Below, piece after piece: positions 53,451 to 61,542 of a stretch of DNA of 64,000 nt. Below the pieces are notes generated by a model, which was given only the letters and a program-made list of their open reading frames with translations, had not been told where the DNA came from and did not search any database. Position 1 is the first letter of the stretch. Each line of letters begins with the position of its first letter. Location of the stretch: contig NVWO01000004.1 in assembly GCA_002746255.1 (NCBI GenBank), forward strand, positions 76,774 to 140,773. Reading direction: 5' to 3'. Source of the stretch: Rhodospirillaceae bacterium. Lineage in GTDB: Bacteria > Pseudomonadota > Alphaproteobacteria > GCA-2746255. The position numbers and the translations under genes were made by a program.

Positions 53451-54608
53451 TCAATGGGATGCGCCCCATAGAAGATACCGCATCGCCGCCCCCATCTTGC
53501 CAAAGAAGCCAAGCTGTTCGACATCTTTTCCGGCTACCAGCGGCACTTCGCGCGTCGCTTCCCCAGGAAGCTGGATTTTCAGCATGGCGACTTGCGTCCC
53601 CTTCATTACCGGCGCCGGGACAGGATCGCTATAAGCCACGGAAACCTGCATATCCTTGCGGGCTTTTCGCGGCAGCGTCAGGACAATGTCTTTCTCGATA
53701 ACAAGCGGCACGGTGTTTTCCATACCAAGCCAGACATGTGCCTTGTCCACTTCTTCCCCCGCCTTGAAAAGTTCGTAATTGTTGAACTCGCGGAAGCCCC
53801 ATTCAAGGATACGCCGGGACTCAGCGGCGCGCGCGCGTTTGCTTGGCAAGCCATTGACGACAAGAACAAGGCGCCGTCCATTCCGCATGACAGAAGAAGC
53901 CAGCCCATAGCCAATTGCCTCCGTATGGCCGGTCTTCAGGCCATCCGCCCCTTCCGTTCCATAGAGGAGCGGATTGCGATTGCCTTGACGAATACCGCCA
54001 TAGGTAAATTCTTTTTCGGAATAGATGCCGTAATATTCTGGAAAATCCTTGATTGTCCAAAGGGCCACGGTCGCAATGTCGCGAACGGACATATGTTGTC
54101 CTTCGGCAGGCCAGCCGGTCGCATTTTTAAAGACGCTGTTCGCAAGCCCCATCTTTTGCCCTTCGGCGTTCATTTCTGACGCAAAGGCGCTCTCACTACC
54201 AGCCAGGCCTTCCGCAACGACGATGGAGGCATCGTTGCCTGACTGAATGATAATCCCCCTGATCAAATCTTCGATCGCAACGTCTTTGCCGACTTCGACA
54301 AACATCTTTGAACCACCTTTCTTCCAGGCGGTTTCGCTGACAGACAGCGTGTCGTCAAGTGAGAGGCGGCCATCCTTTAATCGCTGAAAAACAAGATAGA
54401 CCGTCATCATCTTGCTCATGGAAGACGGTGGATAGGGTTCGTCCGCATTTTTCTCGAACAAAACCGCGCCCGTCATCGCATCAATTAAAATTACGGCTTT
54501 CGCATCCGATTCCAGGGCCATCGCCTTTTGAATGGCGATGCCGCCAAACAGGAAAAAGACAAGGGCCGCCACACCGAGGTAACGGAAACGCACGATCAAG
54601 GCGTTCAT
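53451..54608 (-). CDS. dacC: D-alanyl-D-alanine carboxypeptidase (PBP5/6 family serine peptidase S11)
   Basis: 385 aa with a signal peptide. SXXK (SMSKMMT), SGN (QSGNDA) and KTG motifs. Confidence 0.85.
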   Translation of the reverse strand: MNALIVRFRYLGVAALVFFLFGGIAIQKAMALESDAKAVILIDAMTGAVLFEKNADEPYPPSSMSKMMTVYLVFQRLKDGRLSLDDTLSVSETAWKKGGSKMFVEVGKDVAIEDLIRGIIIQSGNDASIVVAEGLAGSESAFASEMNAEGQKMGLANSVFKNATGWPAEGQHMSVRDIATVALWTIKDFPEYYGIYSEKEFTYGGIRQGNRNPLLYGTEGADGLKTGHTEAIGYGLASSVMRNGRRLVLVVNGLPSKRARAAESRRILEWGFREFNNYELFKAGEEVDKAHVWLGMENTVPLVIEKDIVLTLPRKARKDMQVSVAYSDPVPAPVMKGTQVAMLKIQLPGEATREVPLVAGKDVEQLGFFGKMGAAMRYLLWGASH

Positions 54609-54650
54609 ATGCTTTTCATTTCGTTTCAGATTGAAGGGAACAAAGGTTTT

Positions 54651-55535
54651 TTAATCCACGATAAGGCGCGCTTCCGGATAGCCCGCTTTCACAACGGCGT
54701 CGAGTTTAACATCTGCCTCCTCAACGCTTGCAAGAGGCCCTAAGCGAACGCGATAAAGCTCGCGATCTCCCAAGGCGACCGGCGTCACATTCGTCCGGCC
54801 GATTTGCTGAAGGCGCGTGCTCACGCTCGTTGCATTTTCATATTTAGAAAAGGCCCCGGCCTGGATAAACATCTGGGTCGGCACCACCGCTTCCGTCGTC
54901 ACAACGGGGTCAGGCGGCGGCGCAATGGACACGGTATCTGCTTTTGCAGACGCAAACACCACCGGCTTCGAAGACGCCGGCATGGGCGTGTCCCCCCTTA
55001 TGGCCGCAGCAAGCTGGCGGCTTTCCCCGACCAGAATTTCAACCCGCACCTTCGCCGTTCCCTTGTCACGGAAGCCGAGAAGTTCTGCGCCCCGCCGCGA
55101 CATATCGAGAATTCGCGATCGCGCAAAGGGCCCGCGATCATTCACTTTCACCTTCAGGGAACGACCGTTCTCAAGGTTTGTGACCCGCACCATGCTTGGA
55201 AGCGGCAGGGTACGATGCGCCGCCGTCACCAGATGCATATCAAAGATTTCACCGTTTGCCGTCCTGCGATTATGGAAAGCGGTTCCATACCATGAGGCAA
55301 TTCCGGTTTCGACATAGCGGTCATCTTCAGACGGGTAATACCAGACGCCATCAATCTGATAAGGCGTCCCAATCTTGTAAATCGGTTGGGGGGTATCCCC
55401 ACCAAGGCGTTTTGCGGTGTGGAGAGCCAGTTCCGTCTCTGCACAGCCACCAAGCAAGACCGCCATTCCGACGACAAGCGCAAGCCCAATTGCGAAGGAA
55501 GAGGAAAATCGGCGCCACTGCATTTGGTGTCTCAC
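54651..55535 (-). CDS. rlpA: septal ring lytic transglycosylase RlpA family lipoprotein with C-terminal SPOR domain
   Basis: Lipoprotein signal (LLGGC), a DPBB domain (GIASWYGTAFHNRRTANGEIFD...RVTNLENGRS...VNDRGPF) and a C-terminal SPOR-like domain. Confidence 0.8.
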   Translation of the reverse strand: MRHQMQWRRFSSSFAIGLALVVGMAVLLGGCAETELALHTAKRLGGDTPQPIYKIGTPYQIDGVWYYPSEDDRYVETGIASWYGTAFHNRRTANGEIFDMHLVTAAHRTLPLPSMVRVTNLENGRSLKVKVNDRGPFARSRILDMSRRGAELLGFRDKGTAKVRVEILVGESRQLAAAIRGDTPMPASSKPVVFASAKADTVSIAPPPDPVVTTEAVVPTQMFIQAGAFSKYENATSVSTRLQQIGRTNVTPVALGDRELYRVRLGPLASVEEADVKLDAVVKAGYPEARLIVD

Positions 55536-55562
55536 CCCGTTTTCCAGAGATTATATGGTATT

Positions 55563-56546
55563 CTAGTGGCTAGCTATTTGGTCAGCAAGGGTGCCGACCG
55601 CTACCGCAAAATAGGTGGAGCGATTCCAGGCAAGAATCGCCCGGTAATTGCCATAAACCAGATAGGCTGGCCCTTTGTCACCTTCGCCCAGAATGATTGA
55701 GCCGGAAATTTCCGCCTTTGGAAGGTCCGCCCCATCCGCCCGGCGAACGCCCAGCCGTTGCCATTCCGAAATTGGCTTTTTGACTTTTAGTCCGACCTGG
55801 GCCGGGTCGAACCCTTCCGGCAGACGCACATGGCGGCCCCAGGTTTCTTTCCCGTTCCACCCGGATTTTGCAAGATAGTTTGCGGCCGAAGCAAACACGT
55901 CGGCGCGTGACGTCCAGATGTTGCGGCGGCCGTCCGCATCATAGTCCACGGCAAAGTTCAGAAAGCTCGTCGGCATGAACTGGCTCTGCCCCATGGCCCC
56001 GGCCCAGGAACCTGTCATCGCATCCGGCGCAATATGCCCTTCGTTCAAAATCTGAAGCGCAGCAAAAAGCTCTTTACGAAAATAGGCGCTTCGCCGGCCA
56101 TCGAAGGCCAGTGTAACCAACGCTTGCACGACGGAAAAACCGCCGGTAAGCCTGCCAAAATCCGTCTCGATTCCCCACAACGCCACCAGAAACTGTGGCT
56201 GCACGCCGTAACGTTTGGAAACGGCCTGCAAAAGATCGCGATTTTCCCGTAACTTCTTGCGGCCCCGCTCGATTCGGGAAGACGGAACGACCCGTGCCAG
56301 ATAGTCCTGAAAGGTGAGCGTGAATTCCGGCTGGCTGCGGTCAAGCTCAATCACACGTTCAAGCAGGGTAACGCCATCAAGGGCCGCGTTCAGGGTTTCG
56401 GGCCGGATCCCCTTGTCGGCTGCCTCTGCCCGAAGGGCAACAAGCCAAACGTCGAAATCCTCCGAAAGAGCCGGTTTTGATGCAAAGCTGCTCGCAAGAA
56501 ATAGAAAAACTGCGGCAAAAATTCCGAAACGAATGTTACCGAACAT
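55563..56546 (-). CDS. mltB: lytic murein transglycosylase (MltB family)
   Basis: 327 aa with a signal peptide. Motifs ALWGIETDFG and AGAMGQSQFMP. Confidence 0.8.
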   Translation of the reverse strand: MFGNIRFGIFAAVFLFLASSFASKPALSEDFDVWLVALRAEAADKGIRPETLNAALDGVTLLERVIELDRSQPEFTLTFQDYLARVVPSSRIERGRKKLRENRDLLQAVSKRYGVQPQFLVALWGIETDFGRLTGGFSVVQALVTLAFDGRRSAYFRKELFAALQILNEGHIAPDAMTGSWAGAMGQSQFMPTSFLNFAVDYDADGRRNIWTSRADVFASAANYLAKSGWNGKETWGRHVRLPEGFDPAQVGLKVKKPISEWQRLGVRRADGADLPKAEISGSIILGEGDKGPAYLVYGNYRAILAWNRSTYFAVAVGTLADQIASH

Positions 56547-56685
56547 TACAATGTCACACGCTTAAATGGATCCACTGGCCGGATGTTTGTGCCACAGGAA
56601 CACAGGCCACCGCAAATTCTGGCAAGCTTTACGGTGGCACATGCCCAGAATCAGGATAGATTTGAGAACTGATTGGAGGAAAAGG

Positions 56686-57492
56686 ATGAAACGCCGCCTC
56701 ACCTTGCAAGCCATTTCCGCCCTTTCTGTCCTTTTGGCGATGGCTTTGCCGATGGCGCCAGCCTATGGCGAGGAAGGCACGCATTTCTTTAAATTAGGGA
56801 CGATCTTCCTCCCCAGAGCACTGACGCCCGAAAAAATGGTGGCGCTTCGCCACGAAGCCGCTGAACAGGGCGATCCGGGTGCCCAGTTTCGATGGGCCGA
56901 ACGCCTCTATAAACGCGTCAAACAACAACGCGCGATGCCTGCGGCAAAAGGCCGCGAAACATTTTTTGAGGAGGCCTTTTTCTGGTACGTGCAAGCCGCC
57001 GATCAGGGACATGCGGGGGCACAACGCCGTATAGCCGATTTCCACGCGACGGGTGAAGGCATCACACGCGATCCGAATAAATCGGCCCACCTCTACCGTC
57101 TTTCTGCGGATCAGGGCGACGCGCGCGCCGAATTGCGGATGGGTGTGCTCAACGAGGAAGGCCTGGGTCTACCGGCAAATCTTGAAAAAGCTATCTATTG
57201 GTACGAACGCGCTGCCAGGCGGGTCGCCTTTGCCAAAGTGGCCAATGTGGCGCGCTATCGCCTGGGAAAAATCCTTGCAACCACGCGCCAGAAGAAAAAC
57301 ACGCTCATTGACGCTTATATGTGGTTCGACCTTGCCGCAAAAAAAGGCCACAAGGAAGCCGATATGGAACGGCTAAAAATAGAAAAACGTCTGTCACTTG
57401 CACAGATTGTGAAAGCGAAGAAGCAGGCCCGTCAATGGACCAAAGGCCTGGAAAGCGCACAGGAACCGCTAACAAAGAAAAGCCCCTGGTGA
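56686..57492 (+). CDS. Sel1-repeat (TPR-like) secreted protein
   Basis: Internal ATG with a GGAGGAAAAGG SD. Signal peptide, then repeated Sel1 units (GDPGAQFRWAERLY, GHAGAQRRIADFHATGEG, GDARAELRMGVL, KAIYWYERAA). Confidence 0.75.
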   Translation: MKRRLTLQAISALSVLLAMALPMAPAYGEEGTHFFKLGTIFLPRALTPEKMVALRHEAAEQGDPGAQFRWAERLYKRVKQQRAMPAAKGRETFFEEAFFWYVQAADQGHAGAQRRIADFHATGEGITRDPNKSAHLYRLSADQGDARAELRMGVLNEEGLGLPANLEKAIYWYERAARRVAFAKVANVARYRLGKILATTRQKKNTLIDAYMWFDLAAKKGHKEADMERLKIEKRLSLAQIVKAKKQARQWTKGLESAQEPLTKKSPW

Positions 57493-57809
57493 ACCGACCC
57501 CTGCCTTGGGAAGGTTGGTTAGAAAATCATCCCCAGCCAATGCAGCATTGGCCAGGCGGCGGAAGAAAAGCAGTGGATTTAACATCTTAAAAATTAATCT
57601 GTAATCACCTGATTTTAAAAAATAAATTTTACACACATCAAGCGCAACCCCCTGACAAACCCTTGCCGGTGATGCATGCGAAAATGGGCTACCCATAAGA
57701 CATATTGGCCTAACCCATACGGATAGGAAAACCGCCGGAATCCCTGAAAATTCAGCCGCGTAGATTCCCTTGGCAGGATTTCGCTTCCTGTGTAAAATCG
57801 AGAGGAAAT

Positions 57810-57929
57810 ATGAAGTCCGTTCTGGAAGTACGTGTAACCTCTAAAATAAGCGGTTATATTTCGCTTGGAATTAGGCGTCCGCAATCGGTGGCCCGAAGTC
57901 TTTATGCACTTTTGCCGCTGTTTAAATGA
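57810..57929 (+). CDS. candidate small ORF (39 codons) upstream of the orphan hypothetical gene; speculative
   Basis: ATG preceded by GAGAGGAAAT. Translates to MKSVLEVRVTSKISGYISLGIRRPQSVARSLYALLPLFK. Stops 27 nt before the next gene. Below the 60-aa cutoff of the ORF track; no homology claim. Confidence 0.2.
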   Translation: MKSVLEVRVTSKISGYISLGIRRPQSVARSLYALLPLFK

Positions 57930-57956
57930 GTGTCTCACCCATAGAGAAAGAAACCC

Positions 57957-58946
57957 ATGATCACCGCAGAAGATATGAAATTTCATAAACCCACCAGCGA
58001 CGACCCTGAGTGGGCAGAAACAAACTACTTCCCCTTCCATATCGAAGAAGCCGGCATTCAGATGGCCGCCTATGTCCTGACGCGCCCCAATCTTGGCGTC
58101 GTGCTTGCCGATGTCTTTGCGTATCAGGGTTCAAACCCAAGCCCGACGACCGCGCTTTATTATGACAAGCATGTCCACCTGCCAATCCAGGACAAGCTGG
58201 AAGATTATACCCTTGGGCTTGCAGGCGGTCTTTCCATTAAAGCCGTCAACGCGCCGATGGATTATCAAGTGGACTATGTCGGCTATGACGACACGGAATA
58301 CCACATTTACTACAAAGGCCTTAGTGAGCCTTATGACATTCATGACCCCAAGCAGGACCCGATTACTGCTGAAAACATGCAGAAGGAATCGAGCGACAGC
58401 TGGGGAAAAGGTGCCTATGCCGGGCATTTTGATCAATCGGCCCATGTCACAGGCGAAGCCAAAATTCAGGGCAAGTCTTACAAAGTCGATTGCATCACGA
58501 CGATGGACCACAGCTGGGGCCCACGCAGTGAGATGGCAATTCCAAACATGGCTTGGTTTCATGCCCATTTTGGCGAGGATTTGGCCATTCACTGCATCGC
58601 TTACATTGATCCGATCAACACGGACAAAGTTGGCCCAGTGCTTCATGGCTATGTCGTCGAAAACGGCAAACTTTACGGGATCGCCAAAGGCAACGGTCGG
58701 ACGACGCGTGAGCATTTGCTGCCAACGGGCATTGAGATGTCTGTGACCGATTCACGTGGCAAAACGTTCAACTTCGTCGGCAAGTCCGTTTCCACCTATG
58801 CATGGTTTGCGTGGCCAGGCCTCAATGTTCAGAGCGCACTTCTAAAATGGGATTGCGACGGCCGCACCGGCTGGGGCGAAACCCAGGACTGCCTCAGCAT
58901 GCGCTACGTCTGCGAGGCAAACCAAAAGATGATCAAAGCCGCGTAA
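57957..58946 (+). CDS. hypothetical protein, no recognisable family (cytoplasmic, no signal peptide)
   Basis: 329-aa ORF with an AGAGAAAGAAA SD-like stretch. Lower GC than its flanks. Followed by a strong terminator and tRNA-Ser. Internal WGPRSE and WGETQD segments suggest a two-lobed fold, but I recognise no conserved catalytic motif. Confidence 0.6.
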   Translation: MITAEDMKFHKPTSDDPEWAETNYFPFHIEEAGIQMAAYVLTRPNLGVVLADVFAYQGSNPSPTTALYYDKHVHLPIQDKLEDYTLGLAGGLSIKAVNAPMDYQVDYVGYDDTEYHIYYKGLSEPYDIHDPKQDPITAENMQKESSDSWGKGAYAGHFDQSAHVTGEAKIQGKSYKVDCITTMDHSWGPRSEMAIPNMAWFHAHFGEDLAIHCIAYIDPINTDKVGPVLHGYVVENGKLYGIAKGNGRTTREHLLPTGIEMSVTDSRGKTFNFVGKSVSTYAWFAWPGLNVQSALLKWDCDGRTGWGETQDCLSMRYVCEANQKMIKAA

Positions 58947-58979
58947 CGCCAATAGCCTGGCGCAGGCTTGTTCAAACAA

Positions 58980-59014
58980 CCGGAGGGAAAACAACTTCCC
59001 TCCGGTTTCTTTTG
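58980..59014 (+). terminator. rho-independent terminator after the orphan hypothetical gene, just upstream of tRNA-Ser
   Basis: Perfect 10-bp stem CCGGAGGGAA/TTCCCTCCGG with loop AACAAC, then TTTCTTTTG. A second small hairpin AGCCTG-gcgc-CAGGCT lies at about 58953-58968. Confidence 0.75.
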
Positions 59015-59058
59015 CGCTAATTCGCAAAAACGGGAAGATTGTCGATAAACTACCCCCT

Positions 59059-59148
59059 GGATGGGTGGCCGAGTGGTTGAAGGCACCGGTCTTGAAAACC
59101 GGCAGGCCCGCAAGGGTCTCGTGGGTTCGAATCCCACCCCATCCGCCA
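59059..59148 (+). tRNA. tRNA-Ser (anticodon UGA), class II with long variable arm, CCA encoded
   Basis: GGATGGGTGGCCGAGTGGTTGAAGGC...GGTTCGAATCCCACCCCATCCGCCA. 7-bp acceptor stem, anticodon stem CCGGT/ACCGG with loop CTTGAAA (anticodon TGA), a long extra arm and a T-arm GGTTCGAATCC. Confidence 0.92.
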
Positions 59149-59445
59149 GTTATCTGTTTGCGCCTGTTCCTGCTTAGGCAGGATGCCATCCGCCTTCAAG
59201 GCGGAACCCGACTGCACAATCATGACGATGCGTCCCATGGCGTAAAGCACCCCTTTGTTTTCTGAAATGGCATCGCTATATTCCCTGCGGTTCCGCTCCC
59301 TCGACGGCCTGTATACCAAAGGGCTTTCGTGCGTAGGGCTGGTTAGGGTTAATCCCTTCCTTCCCACCGGGGCCGTTTTTTAAAATTCCCCCATAAACAA
59401 AGAGAGTCCGCGCTCTCCAGGAACAATCACCATGGCGAGATTCTC

Positions 59446-61362
59446 TTGCTGACCCTCAACCAGATCACCATGCGCCTCGGCGGGCATGTGGTGCTTGACT
59501 ACGCCTCAGCCACCTTGCCGTCGAAAAGCCGCGTTGGTCTCATAGGTCGAAACGGCGCCGGAAAATCGACCCTTCTCAAGATCATCGCCGGCATCCACCA
59601 CGCCGATGGCGGCACCGTCGACGCACCACGGGGAACCCGTATTGGTTATATCGCCCAGGACATGCCGGGCGGTGAGGCAACACCGTTCGAAACGGTGCTG
59701 GCAGCCGACACCGAACGCGCGCACCTGATGGTCGAAGCAGAAAGCACACAGGACGCCCACCGCATCGGCGAAATCCATGAACGCCTTGATGCCCTGGACG
59801 CCTATGCTGCCCCGGCACGCGCGTCGCGCATCCTGGCCGGCCTCGGCTTTGACGACGAGACGCAGCATCACCCACTCTCGTCCTTTTCCGGTGGCTGGCG
59901 CATGCGTGTCGCTTTGGCGTCCCTTCTGTTCTCCCGGCCCGATCTTTTGTTGCTGGATGAGCCATCAAACCATCTCGATCTTGAAGCCGTGATTTGGTTG
60001 GAATCGTTTCTCAAGACCTATCGCGGCACCGTGATCGTCGTTAGCCATGAACGCGATTTTCTAAACAATGTGACGGACCACATCCTCCATCTTGAGGGCG
60101 GCAAGACGACGCTTTATTCCGGCTCTTACGACGCGTTTGAACGCCAACGATGCGAACGCCAGGCCCAGGCCGATGCCATGCGTGTGAAACAGGAAGCCAA
60201 GCGCCAAAAGGTGCAGGCCTATGTCGATCGCTGGCGTTACAAAGCGCATACAGCCCGCCAGGCCCAAAGTCGCCTGAAGGCGCTTGCGCGCATGGCGCCG
60301 GTCACTGCCGCCGCCGAAGATGCCTCCATCCTGCTCGACTTTCCAAGCCCGAACGGATTGCGCCCCCCACTCGTCACCCTTGAAGAGGCCTCGGTCGGCT
60401 ATACCGCCGGCAAGCCTGTACTATCCAACCTCAATTTTCGGATCGATCCCGACGACCGCATCGCGCTGTTAGGCCGCAACGGAAATGGCAAGACAACCCT
60501 GGCGCGCCTGCTGTCCGGGTCCTTAAAGGCGATGTCCGGCACGATAACCACGAGCGCAAAGATGCATGTGGGCTATTTTGCCCAGCATCAGATTGAAGAA
60601 CTGGAACCTGACGACAGCCCACTGCAACACATGGTGCGACTGCTGCCGGACGCGAAGCAAAGCTTCGTTCGCGCCCAGTTGGGCCGCTTTGGCTTTTCAG
60701 GCGATAAGGCGAATTTAAAAGTTCATAAGCTTTCCGGCGGCGAACGCGCCAGGCTTGCTCTCGCGCTGATCACCCGTGATGCGCCACATATGCTTATTCT
60801 GGACGAACCCACCAACCATCTCGACATCGATACACGCGAAGCGCTGGTCGAAGGACTGAACGCGTATGGCGGTGCCGTCATCATCATCAGTCATGATCGC
60901 CATCTGCTTGAACTGACCGCCGACCGGCTGATCCTGATCGACAATGGCGCCGCTCAGGAATTCGATGGCAGTCTGGATGACTATCGCGATTTCATACTCG
61001 GTCGTGGCAATCGAAATTCCGGGGTCGAAGAAGACAAGCCAGCGCCACGTGCCAACCGCAAGGAAGAACGTCGCCGTAGAGCCGAGCTTCGCGAGCGCAC
61101 CCAAACGCTACGCAAAAAGATCGCCAAGGCCGAGCATGAAATAGCAGGTCTGGAAAAACAGATTGCCGAAATTGATCGCGCCCTGCTTGAACAAAGCGCC
61201 TATGAAGGTCCTCACAAAGGCATCCCCACAAACACGCTTGTCCAGATGCGCGCCAAAATTGACAAGCAACGCCTGACCACCGAGGCCAGCTGGCTAAAAT
61301 CCAGTCAGGTCATGGATGAAATGACGAAAGCCGAAACGTCGAAGCAGAATCTGACAGCATAA
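59446..61362 (+). CDS. ABC-F family ATPase (translation-associated, Uup/EttA/YheS-like), no TM domain
   Basis: 638 aa. Two ABC cassettes (GRNGAGKST and GRNGNGKTT Walker A motifs; LSGGWRMRVALA and LSGGERARLALA signatures), a linker and a C-terminal coiled-coil/charged tail. TTG start (MLTLNQITMRLGG typical). Confidence 0.88.
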   Translation: MLTLNQITMRLGGHVVLDYASATLPSKSRVGLIGRNGAGKSTLLKIIAGIHHADGGTVDAPRGTRIGYIAQDMPGGEATPFETVLAADTERAHLMVEAESTQDAHRIGEIHERLDALDAYAAPARASRILAGLGFDDETQHHPLSSFSGGWRMRVALASLLFSRPDLLLLDEPSNHLDLEAVIWLESFLKTYRGTVIVVSHERDFLNNVTDHILHLEGGKTTLYSGSYDAFERQRCERQAQADAMRVKQEAKRQKVQAYVDRWRYKAHTARQAQSRLKALARMAPVTAAAEDASILLDFPSPNGLRPPLVTLEEASVGYTAGKPVLSNLNFRIDPDDRIALLGRNGNGKTTLARLLSGSLKAMSGTITTSAKMHVGYFAQHQIEELEPDDSPLQHMVRLLPDAKQSFVRAQLGRFGFSGDKANLKVHKLSGGERARLALALITRDAPHMLILDEPTNHLDIDTREALVEGLNAYGGAVIIISHDRHLLELTADRLILIDNGAAQEFDGSLDDYRDFILGRGNRNSGVEEDKPAPRANRKEERRRRAELRERTQTLRKKIAKAEHEIAGLEKQIAEIDRALLEQSAYEGPHKGIPTNTLVQMRAKIDKQRLTTEASWLKSSQVMDEMTKAETSKQNLTA

Positions 61363-61542
61363 AAAATTTTCTTAAAAAAAAGACCCCGCTTTTTAGGGCG
61401 AGGCCTTGAAGGAATGCCGAAATTTCGGCTGGGGGGGGGTGATTTCGGTGGAAACGAGGTTGGAATTGCCACCCGGCTTTCCGGTTTTTTTTATTATCTA
61501 CCGGGTGACAATTTTTCCAGACGCTCCCGAATTCCTTGATGC

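Noticed and set aside
57615-58040. 141-aa minus-strand ORF spanning the AT-rich spacer upstream of the orphan gene
   Set aside because: Cys/Arg/Phe-rich junk-like composition and no SD. Most likely a chance ORF in AT-rich noncoding DNA. The plus-strand 39-codon sORF is the better candidate there.
59050-59367. 105-aa ORF on the minus strand overlapping tRNA-Ser
   Set aside because: Its C-terminal part is simply the antisense translation of the tRNA gene (the WDSNPRDP-like artefact). No SD.
59149-59445. tRNA-Ser as an integration site of a genomic island (downstream side)
   Set aside because: The sequence downstream of the tRNA leads directly into a conserved ABC-F gene. I could not spot an integrase or a direct repeat of the tRNA 3' end by eye.
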